Shown: positions 1-12,879, counted from the whole stretch's first letter. The stretch: 63,946 bases of DNA, filler included, from Octopus bimaculoides (GCF_001194135.2; 8 parts of 7 records of this genome joined end to end with filler, not necessarily neighbours in it); one strand, 5' to 3'. Program-made: numbers and translations. Notes: generated by a model from the sequence alone, not told the origin.

Positions 1-21
1 ATATATAATGTGTGTTTGTGT

Positions 22-325
22 GAAGGTACATGACTTTGTGGTTAGGGTAATCAGCTCATGATCGTAGGGTTGTGAGTTTGATTCCTGGAGGCACTTTATG
101 TCCTTGAGCAAAACACTTTTATTTCACGTTGCTCCAGTCTACTAAGCTGGGAAAATGAGTTGTACCTGTAATTCAAAAGAGCCAGCCTTGGTACACCCTG
201 TGACACACTGAATCTCCCTGAGAACTGCATTAAGGGTACATATGTCTGTGGACATATGTACAATCAGGCTGTTCTGTTGATCAGATCAACTCGAGCTATT
301 GTCATCGTAACTGACAGAACACCAG
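22..325 (+). mobile_element. Decayed tRNA-derived SINE (related to family B)
   Basis: A-box/B-box-like head (GTGGTTAGGG...GAGTTTGATTCC). The body (GTACCTGTAATTCAAAAGAGCCAGCC...GTTGATCAGATCAACT) is a diverged reverse complement of the copy at 18632-19009. Confidence 0.65.
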
Positions 326-425
326 NNNNNNNNNNNNNNNNNNNNNNNNNNNNNNNNNNNNNNNNNNNNNNNNNNNNNNNNNNNNNNNNNNNNNNNNNNN
401 NNNNNNNNNNNNNNNNNNNNNNNNN

Positions 426-459
<34 letters not shown>

Positions 460-1229
460 GGACAGACAGACAGACGGACAGACAGACAAAGAGAGATAGG
501 GTTATTAGGGAAGGATTATCTATCCAGGCAAAATACTTTGTCAGTTCTCTCTTAATACACCAGGCTAACAATATTGTTTAGATTAGTAAAGAACCCCACG
601 TATTCTTGTGGCAGGATACATGGTTATAACTCAGCACCATTCTGTATTGTAAATCCATGGATGTATCCCATTTATACTGGTTTTTATGCAGAGTGATATA
701 CAAAACAAGGCATAAATAATGGTCAATACATATTTCTTTGTTGTAGTAAACTTGACTTACTACAGTAAAGAAATATATAATAACCATTATTTATGCCTTG
801 TCATATATATGTGTATATATATGTATATATATATATGTGTGTGTGTATGTGTATGCGTGTGTGTGAGAGAGAAAGAGAGAGAAAGAGAGTGTGTGTGTAT
901 GTGTGTGTGTGTGCAAGGATAAAGATCTTTATACATATATATAATTTTTTTTTTTTAATATTATACATAAATTCAGAAATNNNNNNNNNNNNNNNNNNNN
1001 NNNNNNNNNNNNNNNNNNNNNNNNNNNNNNNNNNNNNNNNNNNNNNNNNNNNNNNNNNNNNNNNNNNNNNNNNNNNNNNNNNNNNNNNNNNNNNNNNNNN
1101 NNNNNNNNNNNNNNNNNNNNNNNNNNNNNNNNNNNNNNNNNNNNNNNNNNNNNNNNNNNNNNNNNNNNNNNNNNNNNNNNNNNNNNNNNNNNNNNNNNTA
1201 TATATATATATATATATATATACACATAC

Positions 1230-1264
<35 letters not shown>

Positions 1265-1342
1265 AGGCACAGGTGTGGCTGTGTGGTAAGAAGCTACCCA
1301 ACCACATGGTTCTAGGTTCAGTCCTGCTACATTGCACCTTGG
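1265..1342 (+). mobile_element. SINE family A head fragment
   Basis: GGCACAGGTGTGGCTGTGTGGTAAG...GGTTCAGTCC...CACCTTGG matches the head of the full copy at 23767. It is truncated at the start of the CORE-like domain. Confidence 0.75.
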
Positions 1343-2915
1343 TCTTTTATTATTATGTAGTGGTCCAGTCCATTCTCACACAACATCTCTCCTTTTGAGA
1401 TTGTGTGTTCCAAAGGAATAAAGAAATTCTTTACTTATATATATCTTTTTAGTATCTCTTTTGCTTGGGCATTATCTCAAGGTGTTCTGTCTGCTTTTTT
1501 CCCCTCATGCTGGTTCTAAGGGACTATATTACTTTTGGTACTGGTACATTAAGTATTTCACAAAATACTTCCATGGGTATTTTTTCCTGATCTTGGAAAT
1601 GCCTCTTCCTTAGTTGGTTTATATGTTTCTTATGTTCACCATGTGACCCTTTAATTAGATACATCATACATTCAATTTTTCTGGTAACAAGGCCATCTTC
1701 CTAGCCTTCTTTACCATTTCTATAGGTTTTGAAATTCACTTTAATATCTATCTCTACGTATTTCGTTAACTCTTTCGTATTTCCTCTACACAAATTGAAA
1801 AGCTACCAGCATCTGAATTTTTATTCTGTTTATTTTTTAAAACTTCTTTTATTTTCATAATATATACATTACCTACAACTTTCATTCTTATATTCTGTGC
1901 CATCACTGGTAGTTCTTGGATAATATTCCTCATAACACTTTTAAATTCACTTTCTGCCTGCAGTGTGGCTATTACAGTCTCTTCTAGTAATTCCATATTC
2001 TTTGGAATTAATCTCGAAAGGCAGTCTGCATGACCGATTTTTTGATAGAATGTATTGCATTTTGAAATTATAATTTAGTAGTATTACACCCCAACACTGC
2101 AAGTAGTTTGCAGTATGAGTCAGTAACCCTTTTTTAGACCCATAAATTGACAGCAAAGGTCTATGGTCTGTTTGCAATAAAAAGCTTCTGCTATGCAGAA
2201 ACCTGCAAAATTTTTTAACTGCAAAAATAGTTGCTAGGGCCTCCTTTTCAATTTGACTATATCTCTTCTCTACTGCTATTAGCAAGTGCGATACATGAAC
2301 CACTGGTTTTGTACTTCTGTCTTCGTATTTATGAAGTAGAACAGCACCTCTTCCATGCTCGGAAGCATCAAACCCTACAATGAGGTCCATTTTGGGATCA
2401 TAATGTGCTAACGACAGGTCAAAGATTAGAATTTTTTTATTTCTTCAAATGCATTTTGGCATTTAATGGACCGATTCCACTTTACTCTTTTTTTTAATAA
2501 GGCATTCAATGGAGCTCTTAACTTCTGCATGTTAGTATTGGAGCTTTGATAATAGTTTGCCAACCCAAGAAATGCTTGTAAAGTTGGAATATTTGTCAGT
2601 ACAAGCATATTCTTTATTGTATCTGCCCTCAACAGGTCAGGTCATCTACCACTTTTATCAATTATTTGCCCTAAGTACTTAATTTGGAGTAGAAAGAATT
2701 TGTATTTTTCTTCACTCAAAGTGAAACCGAAAACTTCAATTTTTTAAACACAGCTTTTATGTGTTCCGCATGCTGTTCACAAGAATTACTCTTGATTAAA
2801 ATATCATCCAAGTACAGGATTGTAAATTCACAGTCAAATAACATAGTATCCATGATTTGCTGGAATATTGCTGGTGCTACTTTTTATCCAAAAGGTAATC
2901 ATGTGTATCTGTACA
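1343..2915 (-). mobile_element. Ty3/Gypsy LTR retrotransposon pol remnant (RT, RNase H, integrase C-terminus, PPT, LTR stub)
   Basis: Minus-strand translations, in order: LPFG..APAIFQQIMD..LYLDDILI (YLDD at 2803-2814), LQAFLGLANYY..LRAPLNALLKK, DASEHGRGAVL..YSQIEKEALA..TDHRPL (RNase H), then the integrase tail EDGLV..MYLI..HINQLRKR. A purine tract AAAAGGAGAGA (1386-1396) is followed by TGTTG at the LTR start. Stops and frameshifts are present. Confidence 0.92.
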
Positions 2916-2930
2916 ATTTTTCTGGACCAT

Positions 2931-2991
2931 ATTATACTGACGAGTAGAAGTTGTATAATACTACAATAACTACGAAATCATGATCTATAAT
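2931..2991 (+). ncRNA. Type I hammerhead ribozyme motif (canonical core, palindromic helix III)
   Basis: Read directly: ATTATA-CTGACGA-GTAG[AAG TTGTA TAATAC TACAA TAA]CTAC-GAAA-TCATGAT-C-TATAAT. Helix I is 6 bp, the core is CUGANGA/GAAA, helix II is 4 bp plus a 5-bp extension, helix III is AUCAUGAU, and the triplet is AUC. Predicted cut after 2985. Confidence 0.85.
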
Positions 2992-3719
2992 TTAGTTCGT
3001 TTTTAAGGGGTTGGCTTTGAGAGTTGCATTTCCTCGCATTCGGTAAAAATGTGCTTTTTATAGTAGTCTGACCTTAGAGTCCCTCATGGCGTGAGGCGTT
3101 ATTATATAGTAATGCCCTTATATAAATATAAATATATATTTCAGGAATAAATGATGGATTTTTTCCCTTATGAGGTTTTTTTCACGCTAGCTACTTGATA
3201 AATTCTTGTAAAAGAATTCGTCCTATTATGGAATTTAAATAAATATATATATATATATACGATGATGATGATAATGAAGATATATAGAGAGAGACAGACA
3301 GACAGATAGATAGATAGCTAGATTCATGTACTTATACATACACACACGTTGCTACACACATGGAAATTCTCTATGCCAATTAATATCATTTATGTGTGCA
3401 CACATATATCATCATCATCATTATCAACATGATCATTTCTATGTCCATTTTTCCATGCTTGCATAAGTCAGGTGGAATTTGTTCGGACAAATTTTCTACA
3501 CTCAGATGTCCCACTTATCATCAGCAGTCACTTGTTTCAAGAAAGGTAATATTTAACCAAGGCTGGACATTTTTACACAGAAGATTAGAAAAAAAGTCTC
3601 ATCTTGAATGATGGTGACACTTGCTTACAACTATCACTTGATGTGAAGGCAAGGCATCACACAGAGACACGGATGATAAAGAAGTGCCAATCACTTAATA
3701 TAGAAACCTAATGCTTGTA

Positions 3720-3840
3720 GAAGAATGAGCTCCATGAACATATGGAATGAAGTAGTAAAAACTGATCTCAGGACTTTTGAATCTCATAAGGAAGACAGCA
3801 AAGGACCTGGAGATATGCAGTGCAATACTAAATGTTCTGG
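3720..3840 (+). mobile_element. RTE-like LINE ORF C-terminal fragment
   Basis: Translates as IWNEVVKTDLRTLNL..AKDLEI, resembling the RTE C-terminal motif GRPxKTWxEVVxxDL..DRxxWR. Confidence 0.45.
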
Positions 3841-4394
3841 AACATAATGTGTGCATACACAATTTAGTCCTTTGCACAACAAATCCTTTATCAAGCCTTT
3901 CCCATCAGAAAAACTTGTAAGAGTCAGGGAAAGGAATTTGATAACAGCCTGAATGATACAATTTCAAGCCATCAGTGAAACTAATCAAAAATCAGAAACC
4001 TAGTTGTTCTCAGAGGACAAGCCAGGTCTATCTGGCAACTTGAAGTCTTGAATTTACTAATATGGCAGCTTCCCATATTCTTTGACCCTTCTTGAACATT
4101 CTAGAGAATTTATAGAATTCTCTGCTGCTTCCATTTTACCAGTCATTCCAAGCCTGTCTCTTCCCTTTCATGGCACTGACTACCTCACTTTTCTATCACC
4201 AAGTCACTCTTGGTCTGGTTGAAACTTTACCTAAGCCACAGGTTTGATCCATCATTCTTAGTTGGTTGCTTTTAGTTCCCCTCTGTTATGCATCTTTATT
4301 TATGTATTTTTCTTGTCAAATGCTTCAACTAGTACTCCTCTCACACTCTTTCTCTTTCTCTCCATATACATGTGTATGTATGTGTATAGATTAA

Positions 4395-4434
<40 letters not shown>

Positions 4435-5104
4435 ATCTTATATACACAAGTACTATAATCCTTTTAGGATCTCGAAAAAATTTTTTTCCTGAACCTTCTG
4501 ATTCTTTTAATGTGCTAGTTTCCTGGTATTAAATTGATATTAATTAATATCGAATTTTTACCATATNNNNNNNNNNNNNNNNNNNNNNNNNNNNNNNNNN
4601 NNNNNNNNNNNNNNNNNNNNNNNNNNNNNNNNNNNNNNNNNNNNNNNNNNNNNNNNNNNNNNNNNNNNNNNNNNNNNNNNNNNNNNNNNNNNNNNNNNNN
4701 NNNNNNNNNNNNNNNNNNNNNNNNNNNNNNNNNNNNNNNNNNNNNNNNNNNNNNNNNNNNNNNNNNNNNNNNNNNNNNNNNNNNNNNNNNNNNNNNNNNN
4801 NNNNNNNNNNNNNNNNNNNNNNNNNNNNNNNNNNNNNNNNNNNNNNNNNNNNNNNNNNNNNNNNNNNNNNNNNNNNNNNNNNNNNNNNNNNNNNNNNNNN
4901 NNNNNNNNNNNNNNNNNNNNNNNNNNNNNNNNNNNNNNNNNNNNNNNNNNNNNNNNNNNNNNNNNNNNNNNNNNNNNNNNNNNNNNNNNNNNNNNNNNNN
5001 NNNNNNNNNNNNNNNNNNNNNNNNNNNNNNNTATATATATATATATATCTGTATGTATGTATAAACATATACAAAGCCACATATACATATATATCCACAC
5101 ACAC

Positions 5105-5151
<47 letters not shown>

Positions 5152-5801
5152 TATTAATGTATGTATGTATGTATGTATGTATGAATGAATGTATGTATAT
5201 ATGTATGTGTGTATGTGTGTGTGTGTTCATACATATATAATACAAATGATACTTCTATATATATTTTTAAGTACAAAAACAGTTTATCTTTTACACATTG
5301 CTTTGAATACATGACAGTGTTATCTAGTATCATCTTTTGTGCAAAGGTTATTCCATATTTTCATATGGGTTCTTTGCAGTTTGTTCAGAACAGTAAAGTT
5401 TTCAAACCTATCATCAACATTTCTAAGCCTTCATAGTCTCACCTAAATGATACAAGCAATACTCAGAATAACAGTACAATGCTAATGTTACACAAATAGC
5501 ATACATTAGTCACAAATAAATATATATCCTTGGCTCATAATTTATTAATCTAATGCACAAAAATTTGAATTTCAGTGACAATGTGTACACGTATCACATT
5601 GAGCCTGTCTAATGCAAAATGGCTGTGGATATGTCAATTTAACTCTGTATGTGTACATATTTGAGTGTGTGTGTGTGTGTGTGTGTGTGTGCCATGCACA
5701 AACATATTCATACATATGTGTGTATTTGTGTGTGTGTGTATATGTGTCATATGGCTGAAACACAAAAGAAATAAAAGAAATATGTATATGTATCTATATG
5801 T

Positions 5802-5835
<34 letters not shown>

Positions 5836-6062
5836 TGTGCATGTGTGTTTGTGTGTGTGTATATGTATACACACACATGCATATATGTGTACATGTACAC
5901 ACACACAAACGTTTGTGTATGTGTGTATTATTTACAATAAACAAGTTTGTTTTCTTTCTCTCAACTTGAATTCTGTCCAGCTCATTTGTAAAGAAGAGAA
6001 AACGGAAAATACAAGTTTTTCCTATTTCTCACAGGTAATCAAATATGCCACAAAGAACAGCC

Positions 6063-6093
<31 letters not shown>

Positions 6094-6144
6094 CACCAAG
6101 AAAAGGACAAGAACAAAAAGAACAAGTGTAAGAAAACAAAATCA

Positions 6145-6160
6145 CCACCACCACCAACAA

Positions 6161-6209
<49 letters not shown>

Positions 6210-6212
6210 AAG
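6145..6212 (+). repeat. (CAC)(CAA/CAG)n trinucleotide repeat
   Basis: Directly visible. It is the source of the poly-Q pseudo-ORF 5798-6235. Confidence 0.9.
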
Positions 6213-6333
6213 TATGTGAATTTCTTGAGGAATAAGTTAACAAAGAAGCAGTCATTAACAACAACAGGTGACAAGTTAATAAACATTAACCATTTTGATA
6301 CTGCTTCAAATTCTATAATATAAACGTTTTGTC

Positions 6334-6561
6334 TTAACCCTTTAGCATTTAAACTGACCATATCTGGCCAAAATAATCAACCTGATTTATCTTCAAACTG
6401 GCCAGATCTGGTCTCTCACACTTACCCTACAATATTATTCTAAAAATAAACAATCATGTCATTGAAACCTCAAAGTTACAAAATAATGCATGGCTAATTC
6501 ATATCAATGTGAATAAATAAACACTACAATTGATAGGGAAATCTGAATGCTAAAGAGTTAA
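6334..6561. mobile_element. piggyBac-type (TTAA) MITE
   Basis: Ends TTAA-CCCTTTAGCATT and AATGCTAAAGAG-TTAA form inverted termini with TTAA on both sides. A second diverged copy lies at 13865-14075. Confidence 0.8.
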
Positions 6562-6722
6562 GGTGATCTAAATTAAAACGTTCCATCAAAATTTATGTTA
6601 ATTTATGTTCCAAATACCAACTTAATAATGACAAGGTTGTTTTACTAAATTATTCATTATTTTCATATTTAACTGAAACTAAAGCAGTGTTTTACAACGG
6701 ATATATGGTAACAAAAGTATTA
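6562..6722. mobile_element. Partial second TTAA-type MITE abutting the first
   Basis: Ends in TGGTAACAAAAGTATTAA, a degenerate TTAA-CCCTTT-like terminus. The family call rests on recall of a common octopus repeat. Confidence 0.4.
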
Positions 6723-6928
6723 AGACAAGTACCTTTAAAGTATTCTTTTACATTTAAGAGAAAGAAACAGAAATGAATACTGTTACATTCATGCTTTTCC
6801 AAAGTGGAATGGAGTGTAATTTGAAGGGAAGTTACATCAGTAGCAAACTGGAACTGACTCACATTGTCTCAACAAAACATTCTTATAATATAATGATATC
6901 TTGTGATTTCTTAATGATTGGTACAAGG

Positions 6929-7333
6929 CAGTGGTTCTTGACCTTTTTTTTTTTTGTAGTGCCCTCCTTTTAAGTAGTTGTTATGCCTAGCTCCTACCTA
7001 AGTGGCAAATGAAGTATCATGACTAAACTAACTTAACATGGATGATAATTTATAATTTTTTTTTTCTAAAAATGGATTGTATAAGCTTTTAAAAATGAAA
7101 TGATAAAAAATTGATAAAAGACAACAGTTGTCAATTTATTTTATACATTGTAAGCTAACGATCTCATTTTATTTTAATAACCATTACTAGTTTTATCATG
7201 TATAATATAATTACTACTACAGGTAAAATTTAGTTTGTTAATTATATTACTTCACTGCCCCGTAAAGCCTAATGCTCTCTTTGACATGCTCAGTGCCTTT
7301 TGGGGTTGGTACTGCCCACATTGAGAACCTTTG
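6929..7333. mobile_element. hAT (Charlie/Buster-type) MITE
   Basis: Left end CAGTGGTTCTTGACC, right end (reverse complement) CAAAGGTTCTCAATG. The 8-bp flanks GTACAAGG / GTATAAGG are a 7/8 TSD match. Confidence 0.7.
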
Positions 7334-9395
7334 GTATAAGGCCATCTATACTGAAGGTAGGGTAGGGGTCCAGTCAACTGAATCAATTCTTGACATGTCC
7401 ACTGATTATTTTCCCAACTGCAGATGTTTAATGCAATAGGGTCGACGGGGCAAAGGGCTTGCCAATTGAATTGACTCTTGACATCTCCACTGCTTATTTT
7501 ATTAACAGCAGATGTTTAAATGATAAAGATGATATTTGTGTGATTTGAACAAAGAACATAGATGACCAAAATTAAATATTGAACTCTAGTATAGATGCAG
7601 AACCAGACATATTGGGAGAAAAGCGTGGACATTTAATTATATGACCTCAGTACTTCCCCACAGTGTGTATCTTATCAACTCTGAAAGAACAAGAAACCAA
7701 ATTGAATCCCAAAGGGATTTGAACTCAAAACATAGAAAGATGTAGCAAAATATTGTATAGTATTTTATCTACTGCTCTACCAATTTTACCAATTTACTAA
7801 CCTGCTAAAAACTAAATATTGAAAAGCATTTCATCCAGGAGTTTACTGCTTGTGCCTCTTTGTGAAACACAAAATCATTAAATTTGCCAAATTAATTTAT
7901 GCTATTGTACCAGTCTTAATGAAAACCCCCAACTAGTATTTTTTAAATGAACACCCACAATGTTGTAGTCTAAATCTTATGGCATAATACTAACAATATC
8001 GAGTGGATGACCACAGCTAGAAATTTCTATTTGAATTAGTCAAGGCCCTGTGCCAAAGCTATGCCCAAAGCTGATCTGGGGTACTCATTAACAATGAGAA
8101 ATAAATTTTAAAAAAGCAAGTCTGGCTATCAGAAGTGTCAGTAAGAGAAATAAAGTAGAACAATAATTGTATAGAGAATAAATTGTTTAGAGCCCGCTGC
8201 CACATTGAATAGCAAAAGTTGAGTTAATATTGTTTTGCCTTATATAATTCCACTCATAGCTAAGCATTATAGTTTTATAAATAGACTCAGTACATGACTG
8301 TTTTTCATACACATTGCCTTTGTTTTGTTTTTGTTTGTTTTTGTTGTTGTTGTTTTGTTTGTTTTATTTATTTTTTACCAATTTCAGAAGAATTGGCAAA
8401 AATTGGCAAGATTTGAACCCAGAACCTAAATAAATTCCATTTGTTGTTTTGAAAAATGCTCAAAAGATTTTTCAACAGTCCAACTTATTTAATTCTCTCA
8501 GGCCATATTTTTAGTATACCAAGAATTTCAGACTTGTTTCTTTGCCAAATTACTGATATAGTTTTAACATGGGAGAAACCTCATGTTAAAATTAGTTCAA
8601 ACAAAAAATAAATCAACCAATCAGAATGAAGACTTGTTATCACTGCAGTATTAGTTTCTTTACAAATATCTGCTTTCTCGAGAATTATTTTCTGATTTAT
8701 TTTGACCATAAAATGATGTTCATCCAGCCAAGTATGTCTGGAGAGGAACACCAAAGGCATAGGATGTTAATTACTGCAGAAATTAGAATATTCTGAGAAT
8801 GCATTGAAATTCAATGAAATGTATCCTGAAGATGATTTACAATCAGTCAATGTGAATGGAAGTGCTTAAAGTTGATGACAAAATGGGAGACCATGTTCAT
8901 ATTTCACAAACTTAAAGTGAAAAGAATGTACTACAAAAGAAAATTGATGTCTAGTAGCACACCAATGCACAGTATTAGGATAGGTTGAAGACTTATTGAT
9001 TTTAGATGAGAACCTAAGATTTTATATGTTTCTTTCAAATTGTTTTCAATAAATGGCTTTCTGTGTATTGACTGTGAAGTTCAGGTCCAGATGTGGGTTA
9101 AATCCTCTTGGTCAAGGCTGACAAGGTTAAAGTAGGGATCACCAAAATGTTAAGTAGAAATAAATAAGTGATGAAAGAACGAAAAATATTATCCATTGAC
9201 TAATATTATTTCAATTTCTTTAAGCAAGCATGGGAAACTATTTCAGATCTATTTCAGTTCTAGACTCCTTTATACAAACCTGAGTAGCATCAAGAGAATC
9301 ACTAAGTAAATAATGTATAAGAAGATACAGACCATTGAGCCAGTGATTGTTTTTGGCTCCCACTAAGTGTACAAGGAACAAATCTCACCCCACTC

Positions 9396-9969
9396 AGATC
9401 TTTTTTAAAACGGGGGCCACATTTTTCATTAACGAAACACTTTGAAACTTGGAACACTGGTAGAATGTGTCATATAAAACATCTTTTTCTCTTAGTCTTC
9501 TTAAAAAAAAAAAGAAATCCCTAAGGTATTCCATGTTAAAGTTGTTGTATTTCTGTAATTTCAACCAATCACTGACGTCCATTCAGCCGATATACATTAA
9601 GTGCCGACTACATAAACAAACGATTCTGAAACAATTCTATCGGTGATAGGGTTAGGGTAAAACAGCAAATTTAAAAAGAAAAAAGCAAATAAAATGAAGA
9701 AAAAAAAAAGAAAATGAAAAAAGCAAATAAAACGAAGCTAGGGCTTAATCAGCCAAAGGAGTAAATGTAAACAACTGAATACTTGTCAGTGATTGGTTGA
9801 AATTATCAAAATAAGACAATTTTTTACATGAAATAAATTCGAATACAAAAATATTTTTCTGTTCTATAACACAAAATAGATAAGTATACGAAGTTTGAAA
9901 GTCTTTCCGTACCAAAAACACTACGTAAAACATTAATGAAAAATGTGGCCCCCGTTTTAAAAAAGATCC
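9396..9969. mobile_element. Merlin-like MITE (36-bp perfect inverted repeat, 8-bp TSD)
   Basis: GATCTTTTTTAAAACGGGGGCCACATTTTTCATTAA at 9397-9432 is perfectly inverted at 9933-9968. TSD CCCCACTC at 9388-9395 and 9970-9977. The right terminus reads GG on the reverse strand. Confidence 0.8.
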
Positions 9970-9983
9970 CCCCACTCTATGGC

Positions 9984-10229
9984 CAGTGGTATAGCTAGAG
10001 CATGTGCCAAGTGGGGCGGCCCTTCAGTTTACCATCCCTGGGTGCCTACAAAAAATACACATTGCACAATGACTATATCCATTGTTGCATTTAACAGTGA
10101 ATAGTGCCCTGACATTAAAACCACTATTTGACTTCAATACAGCCTTTACAGGCTTATATCCTACAGCAGACCCAAAAGTGGTGCCACCCAGAATAGACCG
10201 CCCCCTCCACTCCTCTAGCTACGCTTGTG
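9984..10229. mobile_element. Decayed MITE with CAGTGGCGTAGCTAG-like termini
   Basis: Left end CAGTGGTATAGCTAGAG, right end CTCTAGCTACGCTTGTG (imperfect inverted pair). Confidence 0.45.
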
Positions 10230-10528
10230 TTTATGGCAGGTAACTTTTTATATGATGATGATGATGATGACGACGATGACAATGATGACGACAACGACGA
10301 CAATGATGACGACAACGACGACAATGATGACGACAACGATGATGGGGAATTAAAGCTGACCCCACAGTCCGTTACTCTGGAGTGTTCCTGGTGTATAGTC
10401 AATTTCTTAAGGAAGGAGAAAACAAAAAACTGCACTCAAGAAACAGGCACAAAGAACAATCTAGATAAACTACTATACTCTAGTATGGTTTTAAGTACTT
10501 TTTCTCCCAATTGTGAGAACCATCAGAG

Positions 10529-10561
<33 letters not shown>

Positions 10562-11889
10562 TGTGTGTGTGTGAATGTTTGTGTGCTTCTTTGTCTACAA
10601 CAAATCCACTGTAACAGTTTTTCTAGCTCACACCTAACCCAATAAATACAATAATAAATCATGCATTTTGGCACCCAATATAAAAGAAAAATTGGAGCAC
10701 ATATTCTATTACTACTATAACTAAGAATACCACTGCTACTGCTGCTGCTGCTGCTGCTACTGCCACTGTTATACTGCTCGCTTGTAGTTAAATAGAAGGC
10801 TCAGTTGGTATTCAATAATATAGAAGCAGTAATGTAATGAACCAACATGTTTATAGACCAGCAGATTGAAACTGATACATAAAACATATTAAGTCTATAT
10901 AATCTAAAACTGACAGAATGAAATCCTGACGTCCTCCACCACCACCGCAACAACAACAACAACAACACCCAACAAGTTCTGAACAAAAACAAAAAAGGGA
11001 AGACAAGCCAGTGACCAAATGCAGCTGTTTCCATGACTATAATTAGACATAATGGATCACAGGAAGTGATAGCTTGTCCCTGTTTAGTTCTTATCTGGCA
11101 GTCTTGCATAGAATGTTTGGGTAGGTAGGCCTGTTCAGTTTGCCTACCTGTGTATGTTTTGTAATTGCCCCTCCACTCTTACTTGCACATAACACAAATA
11201 CACCTTCACTCTCTTGTACATGAGTACACAGGTAAATATAATATAATCTTGAGGGAAAAAACGGGCAGATAAAGTCTAAATACTCTTTTTTTTCCCCCTT
11301 GCTACACCTGTGCACACTTGGAGAAGATTGAGTATTTTCCCCCACCCTCCTACGGTTATAGTTTATGCACTTTGTTTCTTCTATTTAGGCAGGGTAATCA
11401 AAGTTCAGAGGTGGGGACAGAAAATCAACAGCTTGAATAGTGACACTAAGAATTAGATGTGTTCACACACACACACACACACATACATACACACACAACA
11501 CAGCTACATTCACCCACACTCAAACATATACATGCACACACACAAACACACAAACATACACATGCACACACATACACAAATACATACATTCACATTCAAA
11601 CATACACATATGCACTCACATAAAAACACACATGCACAAACACACACATACACACACACTCACCCACACATGCATACACACACATACAAACATGCACACA
11701 CACACACACACATACAAACACACATGCAGACACACAAACACGCACATACATTTGTTTTAATTTGCTTCACAAACCAACACTTGGAACTGATTACAAAGTA
11801 ATTTCTTCAGCTAATAAAAGACGTGGTGATGTACGTATGCAAATCACAAGTTAGAAATTTGAAACATTATCATGGCAGAGAATATAGAA

Positions 11890-11919
<30 letters not shown>

Positions 11920-11920
<1 letters not shown>

Positions 11921-12550
11921 ACTAGAAAAGCACTTGGAGAGTGCAGACCTCAGCCAAGCAGCTCATTTCTACCCATATTCACGCATGCTGAAAATCGCCC
12001 AATTTCCCAAACCAATGCTGGCAAAAACATAACCTCCTTGGTGGGGGTAAAAAAAGAAATAACACAGCCATATGATTTTTAAAAAAACCTTTAAAAACAG
12101 GAATCATCTGAAGCAGTTATAATACATCAATGATGACAACTGCAAACTAGTTTCACCATACAACTAAAAAGAAACAACAATTACCTAAAACTTGAGTGAT
12201 ACACACACACAACAAGTAAAATTACTAATAGAGAAACGAAAATAAACTTTGGAAACAGCAACGCCACCATAGGTTAAGTGGAAACGATGAACGTGTTTTC
12301 AAGGGAGATAATCAAAGACCGTAACATTGTAATACTTCATGTAAAGTAAATATAACAAATCCTTCAAGAATCCATAAAAATTCTTGGATCACTACCAAAA
12401 TTTCGTCATCTGTTCCTTGTGTCATTACCAACTTTTCCTGCAAGTTTCATCAAATACTGTTCACAACTTTTGAGTTATTTTGCACACAGACGGACAGACA
12501 GACAAACCAACGCTGATGAAAACATAACCTCCTTCCTTGGCAAAGGTAAT
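11920..12550 (+). mobile_element. Helentron-associated (HINE/DINE-like) non-autonomous element remnants
   Basis: 5' ACTAGAAAAGCAC...GACCTCAGCCAAG. The 3' end AAAACATAACCTCCTTGG..GGTAA occurs twice (about 12024-12050 and 12518-12550), with a (CAGA)n tract before the second. The subterminal inverted motif ACCTCCGCCAAGG is typical of these elements. Confidence 0.55.
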
Positions 12551-12689
12551 AAATAAATAAATAATTGGCCATTATAAACAGAAGTAGCTGCCATGTCTAG
12601 AAAGAAACGAGCTAGGCATGAACACAATTTTCAGTGTGAATACTCATGTCTAAACTTTATAGTCCATCCTTATACTCTAAGTATATATC

Positions 12690-12830
12690 CCTCTGAGGTT
12701 GACTTTGCCTTTCATCCTTCCAGTGTTGATAAAATAAATATTATTTGAGTACTGGGGTCAATGTAATTGACTTACACCTCCCCCAAATTTGCTGGTCTTG
12801 TGCTAAAATTTGAAATCAATATTATTGTCT
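12690..12830 (+). mobile_element. SINE family D 3' fragment
   Basis: GTTGACTTTGCCTTTCATCC...CTGGGGTCAATGTAATTGAC...TTTGAAATCAATATTATT is homologous to 45541-45768. Confidence 0.65.
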
Positions 12831-12879
12831 ACAATGAGTGTGGATGAGAAAACAGTATTGAAATTTTAAAATCAAACTA

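Noticed and set aside
3480-3525. Other CUGANGA hits (minus strand near 3517, 27946, 40864, 60759; plus strand near 8826, 14733, 33200)
   Set aside because: They lack a helix II of 3 bp or more, GAAA, or helix I/III pairing, and are at the level expected by chance.
5798-6235. Poly-T/poly-Q protein ORF
   Set aside because: Built from (TG)n, (ACT)n and (CAA)n repeats, with no domain.
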